A stretch of 36,888 nt of DNA, from contig CAZVBK010000003.1 in assembly GCA_964625485.1 (NCBI GenBank), positions 1 to 36,888 of the forward strand. The letters run 5' to 3'. The position numbers and the translations under genes were made by a program. The notes beneath the pieces are model-generated. The model saw nothing but the letters and a program-made list of their open reading frames with translations, had not been told where the DNA came from and ran no database searches. Shown here in pieces: positions 28,928-36,888 of the stretch. This DNA comes from an uncultured Candidatus Saccharibacteria bacterium. GTDB lineage: Bacteria > Patescibacteriota > Minisyncoccia > Phycocordibacterales > UBA9973. Position 1 is the first letter of the stretch, and the number at the start of each line of letters is the position of its first letter.

Positions 28928-30943
28928 TTATGGTGCAGTTATTATGGTAAGCGAGCCTTTGTTTGCAAATAGCCCTGAGGAGGGGACTGAACTCGCGTAA
29001 ATATAATTTCCTTCACAATCCATAGTCGGGATAAATGTATTCGAAATACCTCCGCTTGTGTTCGGTAAGGATATTGATGTAGTGAAGGGTGTGAGGTTGG
29101 ATTTATCCGAAGAGTTCCAGATTTCCAGTTTGCCTTCTTGGCTAGAAGTGCTTGATATCAGGAATATCAAATAATCCCTAATCAAAAGAGCGTTCACGCT
29201 CCGACTGATTTCTTGAATTCCTAGTGGGGTAGTGGGAATATTTGCTTGATCAGAAATATCTACAACATAAAGTTCTTGGTTGCTTGAAGTGAAAGTTCTG
29301 CCTAAATATAAATTATTTCCGACGAGGTCTAAGCTTCTGCCGTTTCCTGTCGCATCAGGTGCGTCGAACCCACTAGTCAGTGTTGGGTTCGTAGGGTCAC
29401 TAATATCTATAATTTTCAATTCTTCGGAATTTGGGGTCGCGAGATAGGCATAATCTCCTCTGACCTTTATTGCATTTATATTGTTGCCCAAATTTCCTGA
29501 ACTTGGCCAGTGTCCGACAACTATAGGTGCGCTTGGATTACGGACATCTATTATATGAAATTCAGGTCCGTTGCTAGAAATACCCGTGGCCATTAATCCT
29601 AGATAAATATATCCGTCTTTGTAAAAAATACTGTTGCCTTTGCCTTGGTTGCCTGATACGCCAGGAACGGAGAAAGTTTTAATAACAGAATACGGATTCG
29701 TGGCTGTGTCAATTATTTGCAATTGTCCGCCAGAGACAGTATCTAATGCGACATAAACATACTTACCATCTGTGGTGAGAGCGTTAAAGCCAGCATTTGC
29801 GGACGGACTTGTTGGGTTATTTGCTATCTCCCCGACCAGTGTAGGATTTGTCGGATCTGAAGCATCAAGCACATAAAATTGTTTGATGTAAGTTACGCTA
29901 ACTGAAATATAATCAATATTTGCGGTTCGGGGGAGGCTCGATAAATTCTTTACCGAAAAAACTATACCGAAGTCTGGGTCATTGATATCCGATGCTGTCC
30001 AGGATTCACCCCAGAGATTTGTTGAGTTTCCATAAATTATATTAGTCGGTGTTGTGCTCCACCTTGTCACAGTGTTTGCTCTATCTAAGGCGCTTAGTGT
30101 GGTGCCATCACTTTTTATAAGACGGACGCTGTTGTCGATTATAGAATTTGAATTACTGGCATTTCGCGTAACACCAACTTGAATGCCCAGTATTGTGGCT
30201 CCAGTAGGAATATTTAAGTTTGAACCAAAATCAGTAATTGATAGATAATTACTTACTTCTCCGCTGTTTAGACTGGCAGTGGCGCTTCCACCTCCGTTTG
30301 CCAATGCATTTTGGGCTGAAGACCAAGATACCGTGCCGACATCACTTCTGTTTATTGAGATTGTGCCAGAATTTGGACTTGTGTTTTGGGCGTTTTCATT
30401 TACTGCTACATAGATTTTCTTTTGATAAACTTCAAGATCAGAGATTCTGTAAGTTCCACTCCCATCATTGTCGGTAAGATTTGAAAATAAAATATTTGTC
30501 GTTTGCGGGTTGGTCCAATCTCCAGTAAGATATGAATTACAAGTATCTCCGCCGATGGCGTTTTCAAAATTAGAAACAAGCGTAGATAGTTTTACGTTTC
30601 TGGTTATTTTGCTTTCATCCGTCCAGTCTACATGGCTAGTTACTTTTTTTATGAAGTGATCGTCTGCGTCATTGCTAGGTCCTACCTCTGTCCACCAAGA
30701 ATAGTATCCATCCGTATCTTTCTGTGGAGCTATCGGGTTTGGGTTAACCATGCGAAAATCTTTCCTCGCTTCAGCTTGGGCTATTTCTAGTATTTCTTTT
30801 GCTTTGCTTAGGGCTTCGTTGTTAGTCCGTGCACCTATTAAAAAGTTTTGATTACCAAAAGAAGTCATGAATATCGCTGAAATAGCAGTGATCATAATCA
30901 TCGTTGCTATGAGTATTTCGATTGTAGAAAATCCCTTGTTCAT
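28928..30943 (-). CDS. Prepilin-type N-terminus fused to a large beta-sandwich plus LVIVD-like beta-propeller region, 671 aa
   Basis: MNKG|FSTIEILIATMIMITAISAIF. Repeated blades are of the form xxYVYVA...LQIIDTATNP, EFHIIDVRNPSAP, LKIIDISDPTNPT, LYVVDISDQAN and FYVLDASDPTNPT. Confidence 0.75.
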   Translation of the reverse strand: MNKGFSTIEILIATMIMITAISAIFMTSFGNQNFLIGARTNNEALSKAKEILEIAQAEARKDFRMVNPNPIAPQKDTDGYYSWWTEVGPSNDADDHFIKKVTSHVDWTDESKITRNVKLSTLVSNFENAIGGDTCNSYLTGDWTNPQTTNILFSNLTDNDGSGTYRISDLEVYQKKIYVAVNENAQNTSPNSGTISINRSDVGTVSWSSAQNALANGGGSATASLNSGEVSNYLSITDFGSNLNIPTGATILGIQVGVTRNASNSNSIIDNSVRLIKSDGTTLSALDRANTVTRWSTTPTNIIYGNSTNLWGESWTASDINDPDFGIVFSVKNLSSLPRTANIDYISVSVTYIKQFYVLDASDPTNPTLVGEIANNPTSPSANAGFNALTTDGKYVYVALDTVSGGQLQIIDTATNPYSVIKTFSVPGVSGNQGKGNSIFYKDGYIYLGLMATGISSNGPEFHIIDVRNPSAPIVVGHWPSSGNLGNNINAIKVRGDYAYLATPNSEELKIIDISDPTNPTLTSGFDAPDATGNGRSLDLVGNNLYLGRTFTSSNQELYVVDISDQANIPTTPLGIQEISRSVNALLIRDYLIFLISSTSSQEGKLEIWNSSDKSNLTPFTTSISLPNTSGGISNTFIPTMDCEGNYIYASSVPSSGLFANKGSLTIITAP

Positions 30944-30947
30944 ATTA

Positions 30948-31442
30948 TCAGTGGTCCCAATAAATTTGCCCTTCAGTCCCTATGTTGATAGTTGAGGTTT
31001 CGCTGGCTATACCGTTTAGGACTATGGTTGCAGGAGCGTTTACTTCTCCGGATATCCTTTCAAAGTAAACTTCGTTTGGTACAGATGTGCTAGTTGTATA
31101 ATTTGTTTTGATGATTTCATTTGTTGGGTCGTTTGGGTTGTAGGTTGTGCCTTGAAATACTATATACTCTATCACTAACCCGCCAGATGTTTTGATGTGA
31201 ACTCCATGATCTTTTCCATTGGTGCAGTGGACTGCTGATGTGCCGATGCATACATTGTTTATAGCTTGAGATCTGGCATGCGTCAGAGCGGAGACCAGTG
31301 TGTCTCGCTCGTTTATGAAAGAAGACTGGTGATAATTATCTACACTCATAAATAGTCCCCAAAAAGTAATGATTGACACAAGTGCTACGACGAGTAATAT
31401 TTCTATTAGAGTAAAACCTTTTGTTGTGTTTATTTTAACCAT
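30948..31442 (-). CDS. Prepilin-type pseudopilin (GspH/FimT-like size), 164 aa
   Basis: TTKG|FTLIEILLVVALVSI motif. It overlaps pilC by 8 nt. Confidence 0.7.
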   Translation of the reverse strand: MVKINTTKGFTLIEILLVVALVSIITFWGLFMSVDNYHQSSFINERDTLVSALTHARSQAINNVCIGTSAVHCTNGKDHGVHIKTSGGLVIEYIVFQGTTYNPNDPTNEIIKTNYTTSTSVPNEVYFERISGEVNAPATIVLNGIASETSTINIGTEGQIYWDH

Positions 31443-32535
31443 GCAAATTCTGAGTGATACTATAAATAGGAGTAATTATAGATATAGCTATAAACCCCAC
31501 AAGTACGCCCATAATAATCATTAGTATTGGCTCAACCAGATTAGAAATATTTTTTGTAAAGTCTTCAACCTCACTTTCATAAAGCTCAGAAATATAGATT
31601 AGCGAGTCTGGCAAGTTGCCAGTACGTTCTCCGACTGAGATTATCTGGGTCATAACTTCTGGGAACAATTCGCTGTTATTGGCGAGATAAGTCGAAGCTT
31701 TCTCTCCTCTATCTATGGCTTTCGAAAGACTCCGGAATTCTTTTTTGTAAACCAAATTGCTACAAACTTTAGTGGTTATATTTACTGTTTCATTCAGGGC
31801 TATTCCGCTCTTGAGTAGTAATCCCATAGCTCGAGTCGCATTGGCTAGATTGTAATTCTTTACCGCATCTCCTAGTGCGGGCAACTTGATTAAAAAATTA
31901 TCAAAACGAAAATGAAATTTTTTATATTTTTTTAAAAATATAATGAAAATAATGAACCCGACTATAAATAGCAGGATTATCATGAATCCATTTTTAATAA
32001 AAAAACTACTCAGGAACATCACTACTTTAGTAGATAGTGGAAGGTCGACGCGCAAACTCGCAAAAACTGGGACTATTTTCGGGAAAAGATATACCATTAG
32101 AAATACAGTTATTCCTAGAGTTGCTACGGTGACGAGTGCAGGGTAGACAAAAGCACTAATGATTTTTTTCCTTAGGTTGTCTTTCTTTTTTAATTCTTCG
32201 GCTAGATAGTTTAGGTTCTCGCTCAGTATCCCACTAGATTCTCCGAAGGCGATGATATTTATCGAGAAATCGCCAAACACTGTTTTGAATTTATTTAGAC
32301 TGGTTGATAAGTATTGCCCATTCGAGACATCGCGGATTGCAGTATCGAGTATAAGGCTATGTCGTTTGTGTTTGGTTTGATCGCGGATCATTACTAGACT
32401 TTCAAGTATAGGGATACCTGCTCTAATTAAAAAAGACAAACGCTTTATGAAAAAGGTTTGTTCTTTTAGTGGCATTCGCGCAAACCTGAAATTATTCAAA
32501 TAAGCGATATTTAATTTTTCAATAATTTTATTCAT
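31435..32535 (-). CDS. pilC: Type IV pilus / T2SS platform protein (GspF/PilC family)
   Basis: 366 aa with two repeated GspF-type halves and three hydrophobic TM blocks. It overlaps pilB by 8 nt. Confidence 0.85.
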   Translation of the reverse strand: MNKIIEKLNIAYLNNFRFARMPLKEQTFFIKRLSFLIRAGIPILESLVMIRDQTKHKRHSLILDTAIRDVSNGQYLSTSLNKFKTVFGDFSINIIAFGESSGILSENLNYLAEELKKKDNLRKKIISAFVYPALVTVATLGITVFLMVYLFPKIVPVFASLRVDLPLSTKVVMFLSSFFIKNGFMIILLFIVGFIIFIIFLKKYKKFHFRFDNFLIKLPALGDAVKNYNLANATRAMGLLLKSGIALNETVNITTKVCSNLVYKKEFRSLSKAIDRGEKASTYLANNSELFPEVMTQIISVGERTGNLPDSLIYISELYESEVEDFTKNISNLVEPILMIIMGVLVGFIAISIITPIYSITQNLHG

Positions 32536-33775
32536 TGACTACTCTTAATATTTCCTCAAGGGTTGTCAAACCTCTTTCTACTTTCCGGAAACCGTCTTCG
32601 TACATTGGAGTCATACCAAAGGTGATGGCAATATTTTTTATTTCACTGGCTGAGGCTTTGCGTAGAATTGCTTCTTTTATTGCCTCATTAGAGACCAGGA
32701 CTTCGTTGATGCATATTCTCCCTCTGTACCCGGTGTTATTGCATTTGTTGCACCCAGCTCCTTTGTACAAAGTCTGTTCGATTTTCAAGAATTTCCCGAT
32801 AGGGGTATCAGACAAACTTTCTTTTAAGCTTTCGGTTAGTTTGTACTCTTCTTTACAGTCTAGGCATAGCTTGCGCACTAGTCTTTGACCAATCGCAAGA
32901 GATACAGTAGATGCCACCAGATATTCCTCAATTCCCATATCGAGCAGACGAGGCAGGGTAGTGGCAGCATCATTGGTGTGTAGGGTCGATAGCAACATGT
33001 GCCCAGTAAGTGCTGTATTTACGGCAATGTTGGCTGTATCTTTGTCGCGAATCTCTCCCACCATCACTATATTGGGGTCTTGTCTTAGGATGCTACGCAA
33101 ACCATTAGCAAAAGATACTCCTGTTCGAGGATTTACTTGTATTTGCTCTATGCCGTCTATAGCATATTCGATGGGGTCTTCTATTGTGACGATAGATACC
33201 TCTGAAGTATTCAGCATTTTTATTAGAGTGTATAGAGTTGTAGTTTTTCCTGATCCAGTAGGTCCAGTTGCCAATATCATACCGTTTGTTTTCTTTATGG
33301 CGGTTTCTATCTTCTTCTTGTCATTTTCACTAAACCCTAAACTTTCCAAATTTAAATTTTCGGCTTTGTCAGACAATAATCTCAAAACTGCATTTTCTCC
33401 GTGATAAGTGGGAACAATCGAAACGCGGAGATCTATGAATTCACCAGTATCAGGAAATTTGAAACGAAACCTGCCGTCTTGGGTGGATTGATGTTCGTCA
33501 GTCCGAAGTTGAGACAAAACTTTGATTCTAGAAATTATTTCTCCGTGGATATTTTTCGGCAGGGGATGAGCGTCTTCCAAAACTCCATCAATACGAAAAC
33601 GGAGACGGATATCCGTCTCCTGTGGATCTATATGTATGTCGGAAGCGCCAGATTTTGACGCCTGCTTAATAATCTCCTCAATTAGATTGATGATAGAAAG
33701 GTTGGGCCCCGAGGCCAGTTCCTTTTCGATGATTTTTCTAAAATTTTCCATAAATATAGAAAATAAAATCCTCAA
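32528..33775 (-). CDS. pilB: Type IV pilus / T2SS assembly ATPase (GspE/PilB family), short form
   Basis: Walker A GPTGSGKTT, EDPIEY, VGEIRD, STLHTN and the tetracysteine CLDC...CNKC. The track start at 33775 is TTG; the first ATG is at 33751 (MENFRKII). Confidence 0.9.
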   Translation of the reverse strand: MRILFSIFMENFRKIIEKELASGPNLSIINLIEEIIKQASKSGASDIHIDPQETDIRLRFRIDGVLEDAHPLPKNIHGEIISRIKVLSQLRTDEHQSTQDGRFRFKFPDTGEFIDLRVSIVPTYHGENAVLRLLSDKAENLNLESLGFSENDKKKIETAIKKTNGMILATGPTGSGKTTTLYTLIKMLNTSEVSIVTIEDPIEYAIDGIEQIQVNPRTGVSFANGLRSILRQDPNIVMVGEIRDKDTANIAVNTALTGHMLLSTLHTNDAATTLPRLLDMGIEEYLVASTVSLAIGQRLVRKLCLDCKEEYKLTESLKESLSDTPIGKFLKIEQTLYKGAGCNKCNNTGYRGRICINEVLVSNEAIKEAILRKASASEIKNIAITFGMTPMYEDGFRKVERGLTTLEEILRVVNE

Positions 33776-33917
33776 AACTTACCTAAATACTACCACATCA
33801 GGGTTTTTATAGGCAATGTCCATTCTTGCACACTTAACACTTGCCAAGGATATTTAAAATGGTAAGATTTTCTTTAGTGATACGTCTAAGTGATACAGTA
33901 CCTCACAAGGACATTAT

Positions 33918-33946
33918 TTGACAAAAGTTCTTTAATATGTTAGTAT
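33918..33946 (+). promoter_or_regulatory. sigma70-like promoter TTGACA-17-TAGTAT
   Basis: Hexamers at 33918-33923 and 33941-33946, about 105 nt before the ATG at 34053. Confidence 0.5.
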
Positions 33947-34052
33947 ATAAGGAATAGCTTTGTTCACTAAGAGTTTTAAGAATTACAAAGGTCTAAGGTT
34001 TATTAAAAGTAACAGTTGGAATCTTAATAAAAAGGATTTCACAAAAATTAGT

Positions 34053-36888
34053 ATGAAAAAATTTCTAAATGTTTCTGGTTTGTATCTCTCGATTCTTATG
34101 ATCGTGGGATTTTCTGCGTTTGCACTAGTTGCATACGCAACAGTAGAAGGTCCACAGGAAGTTCCAGTGGAAGCTTTAACTGAGATTGAGTCTCAAGATA
34201 AACTCGTTGAGATAGTAGTAGGATGCGAAAACGCAGACTATGCAAAAACTAATGAAAAAGAATGTGGAGACAATAATGATGATAACTGTGAGAATTCTAA
34301 ATATGCAGAAACTCATGGAGAAGAATGTGGCGAAGATAATGCAACTATTCACGCTGCAAAAATAGTCTGTGATTCAGAAGAGTATCTTCCAAATTGGGGA
34401 AATGGTAGCACAGACATAAATCCTGAGACTATTTCTGCTTTTTTGGATAAAGAAGGAATTGATGAACACTGTGGTAAAGAAAAGTGGACATTCGAATGGG
34501 CCAATCCTTCCGCAAATAATCCTGGAGACAATATGTCTTCTGGTGGCGAGGGCTGGACAGCATTTAACGGTGAGGTAGAAGTACCAGCAGGTTCATATGT
34601 ATGGATTCGTGAACAAGCAAATCCTGACTTTATACCTTTCACTGGACAAAACACAACTGAAGACGTTTCAGCAGAACTTTACTGCCACACTGATGGACTA
34701 CACTACGACAACTATGACCGCGTAGACGACTTAGAAGCAGGGCAACACTACTACTGTGTAGCCTTCAATGTTCTAAAAGAAAGAGAACAAGAAGAGCCTT
34801 TGACTTGTGAGGCAGAGGTTGAGCTTATAAAAAATGGTGGCTTTGAAGCACCTGCTGTGGGCAACAACAGTTACAGCATTTTTCCACAAGCAACAGTTGG
34901 TCTTGAATGGCTAGTGGCTTGGGTTGGTGGTAACGAAGGAACAGCTGGTCTTGAAATCCAAGACAATGTAGCTGGTGCTCCATACGCGGGTTCACAACAC
35001 GCTGAACTTGATGGTGATCATCCTGTAGCTATCTCTCAAATTATCCCTACTATCGTAGGTAAGACTTATGATTTGAAATTCGCTTACTCAGCTCGCCCAG
35101 GACGTGATGCTGCCGACAATACTATAGAAGTATGGGCAAATGGAACTGAACTAGGAGCAGACTTGGCTGATGATGGTACAGCAAACAGCAACACTGTTTG
35201 GGGTACACAAACCAGAAGTTTTGTTGCTACATCCACATCAACTGAAATAAAATTTAAAGATACTGGTACCGATACTAGTTTCGGAGGTTACTTGGACAAC
35301 GTAAGTCTAATGTGTAACCCTGATCCTGAAACACCAGAAATAGTAAACTCTTGTCCTGTTCCTTCAGCTACTGTCGGAGAGACAACAGACACAACAGTTG
35401 AAACTGTAAACAATGCGCCAGCAGGTGAAGCAAATCTGCAAGCAACTCTAGACACTTACTCTCTAAATAAGACAACTGATCAGAAACAATTCCAAGTTTG
35501 GGATGTTACATCTGGATCAACTGTCACTATAAATTCTAAATTCGTACAAAAGAACGCTGGCAAGACAAGTGTTTTCGGATACTACACAAACGGCTCAATG
35601 GCTAACTTTGTACCAGTATTCAAGTCAGCAGCTGTAACTGGTTATGAATCTGTACCTATGTACACAGATAACGCCGGAGTATTCAACCTAACAGGCATAA
35701 ATGCTACAGATATCGGTTTTGCTATTAAAACTTTCAGAACCAATACTCCAGATGGAGAATTTGCAACTGCCAACTCTCTAAACACAAGTGGTTCTGACCA
35801 AGTTGTTGTCTACAATCCATCTGCAAACAAGTACGTTCTTGGATTTGAAGATATTGTGGGTGGAGACAAGGACTTCAATGATCTTATCGTGGAAGTTACT
35901 CTATCTTGCCAAACTGGCAACACTGAACAAGAAACTACAAGTTCTCATACTACTGTAGTAAAAGCAGCAGACCTTGAAACTGACGCTTGGCCTGCACCAG
36001 CAGCTACCAACAATAGTGGCAAATGGTTTTTCTACAATGACCGAACTGGAAGCATCGATGGAGCAGAAGGAATAAATAATTCCTTGGGTTCATTTGTTGT
36101 CGGACCAGTACCCTCAGTATTGGGTGCAGGAAGTGCGCAAATCAGTGTACCAAACGAAGGAGTGCTAGCAAACAATGTACGCCGTAATATAGCAACTTAT
36201 GGATTTAAGGATGTAAAACTTGCTGACATAAAAAATCTTAGTTTCTCAACATACTCTCAATCAGCAGGCAACGGTTCTCCAGCATCTGAACGTTCTGCTT
36301 ACTTGAACTTTAATGTTGATTTTGATAATTCTGATTTATGGCAGAGAAGACTCATATATCTTCCTAGTGCCAACGGAGCTGTCGTAAACGACACATGGCA
36401 AACTTGGGATGCGATAAACAGTGGTAATGCACTATGGCTTTACTCTGGACCAACATGGCCAACAACAGCAGATGCAGGAACTACACCTAAAACTTGGGCC
36501 CAAATCCTTGCACTATACCCAAACGCAGAAACACGATCTACTGATTCTTGGTTTGGTTTCCGAGTTGGTGAGCCTTACTCAGATGGATTTACTGGAAATG
36601 TTGATAATTTCTCAATAGGAATAAAAAATGGTCTAAACACACATACAGAAACTTACGATTTTGAGCCTACAGACGTTGTCGTTGTAGATCTTCCTGAGTG
36701 TTCTGATGGAATCGACAATAACGATGACGAGGACTCCCTTATTGACTCTGCTGACCCAGCTTGTCACTCTGACGGTGATGAAAATAACCCAGATTCTTAT
36801 ACACCATCATCCGACAGCGAAGACAACGGTGGAACCAACGATTCAACACCTACAAGTCGCTCAAGTTCTGGTTCTCGAAGCAACAGAT
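34053..36888 (+). CDS. Large secreted multidomain adhesin-like protein (more than 945 aa; 3' end off the window)
   Basis: Signal peptide MKKFLNVSGLYLSILMIVGFSAFALVAYA|TV, with no stop up to the window end. It has a jelly-roll/DUF642-like segment (ELIKNGGFEAP...GSQHAELDG...GGYLDNVSL), a DUF4114-like GFEDIVGGDKDFNDLIVEV, and an acidic CSDGIDNNDDEDSLIDSADPAC repeat. It is absent from the track because it is open-ended. Confidence 0.85.
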   Translation, partial: MKKFLNVSGLYLSILMIVGFSAFALVAYATVEGPQEVPVEALTEIESQDKLVEIVVGCENADYAKTNEKECGDNNDDNCENSKYAETHGEECGEDNATIHAAKIVCDSEEYLPNWGNGSTDINPETISAFLDKEGIDEHCGKEKWTFEWANPSANNPGDNMSSGGEGWTAFNGEVEVPAGSYVWIREQANPDFIPFTGQNTTEDVSAELYCHTDGLHYDNYDRVDDLEAGQHYYCVAFNVLKEREQEEPLTCEAEVELIKNGGFEAPAVGNNSYSIFPQATVGLEWLVAWVGGNEGTAGLEIQDNVAGAPYAGSQHAELDGDHPVAISQIIPTIVGKTYDLKFAYSARPGRDAADNTIEVWANGTELGADLADDGTANSNTVWGTQTRSFVATSTSTEIKFKDTGTDTSFGGYLDNVSLMCNPDPETPEIVNSCPVPSATVGETTDTTVETVNNAPAGEANLQATLDTYSLNKTTDQKQFQVWDVTSGSTVTINSKFVQKNAGKTSVFGYYTNGSMANFVPVFKSAAVTGYESVPMYTDNAGVFNLTGINATDIGFAIKTFRTNTPDGEFATANSLNTSGSDQVVVYNPSANKYVLGFEDIVGGDKDFNDLIVEVTLSCQTGNTEQETTSSHTTVVKAADLETDAWPAPAATNNSGKWFFYNDRTGSIDGAEGINNSLGSFVVGPVPSVLGAGSAQISVPNEGVLANNVRRNIATYGFKDVKLADIKNLSFSTYSQSAGNGSPASERSAYLNFNVDFDNSDLWQRRLIYLPSANGAVVNDTWQTWDAINSGNALWLYSGPTWPTTADAGTTPKTWAQILALYPNAETRSTDSWFGFRVGEPYSDGFTGNVDNFSIGIKNGLNTHTETYDFEPTDVVVVDLPECSDGIDNNDDEDSLIDSADPACHSDGDENNPDSYTPSSDSEDNGGTNDSTPTSRSSSGSRSNR

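Noticed and set aside
34349-34654. 101-aa minus-strand ORF
   Set aside because: It is antisense inside the open-ended adhesin ORF.
1-36888. Alternative genetic code (UGA or UAG reassignment, as in some CPR lineages)
   Set aside because: TGA ends ftsI (17470-17472) and the 164-aa pseudopilin. TAG ends ftsZ, and TAA ends many genes. Long core ORFs have no internal stops, so the standard code 11 fits.
1-36888. CRISPR arrays, rRNA genes, prophage or transposon content
   Set aside because: I found no regularly spaced direct repeats, no rRNA-like conserved stretches, and no integrase, transposase, terminase or capsid-like ORFs in any frame of the track.

Overview
This 36.9-kb window comes from an AT-leaning, small-gene bacterium. 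Its gene content looks Patescibacteria/CPR-like, which is an inference because no rRNA is present to confirm it.

Core backbone:
- tsaD (partial, runs off the 5' edge), tRNA-Val(GAC), a glutamate dehydrogenase, a GlmU-N-terminal-like nucleotidyltransferase and trxB.
- An rpsU-ybeY-ftsA-ftsZ string on the minus strand.
- greA-lysS.
- A dcw block, mraZ-rsmH-ftsL-ftsI-murF, that stops at murF.
- Two tRNA-Glu isoacceptors in inverted orientation.
- A minimal type IV pilus/T2SS-like operon: pilB, pilC and four prepilin-like genes, one of which is a 671-aa pilin/beta-propeller fusion.
- A secreted adhesin-like ORF of more than 945 aa that runs off the 3' edge.

Accessory content: several blocks of visibly GC-richer ORFs are interleaved with this backbone at 3151-3838, 4065-4436, 4801-5189, 12738-13608, 18965-23440, 24278-26333 and 26856-27813. 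Most of these ORFs have their own sigma70-like promoter, a strong GGAGG-type SD and a GC-rich hairpin terminator. Most core genes show no SD.

The accessory ORFs include:
- a truncated (73-aa) prepilin followed by a membrane-anchored protein that resembles a pilin head domain;
- a trio of exported envelope proteins (a beta-barrel-like protein, an OmpA-like protein, and a PEGA-repeat lipoprotein);
- a cluster of small orphan genes organised as repeat-bounded units;
- a tightly coupled three-gene operon with Cys-rich small proteins.

A single-domain RelA/SpoT-homolog (small alarmone synthetase-like) gene sits between two of the GC-rich blocks.

I saw no rRNA, CRISPR array, integrase, transposase or phage structural genes. 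All family assignments come from motifs read by eye. No database search was run.
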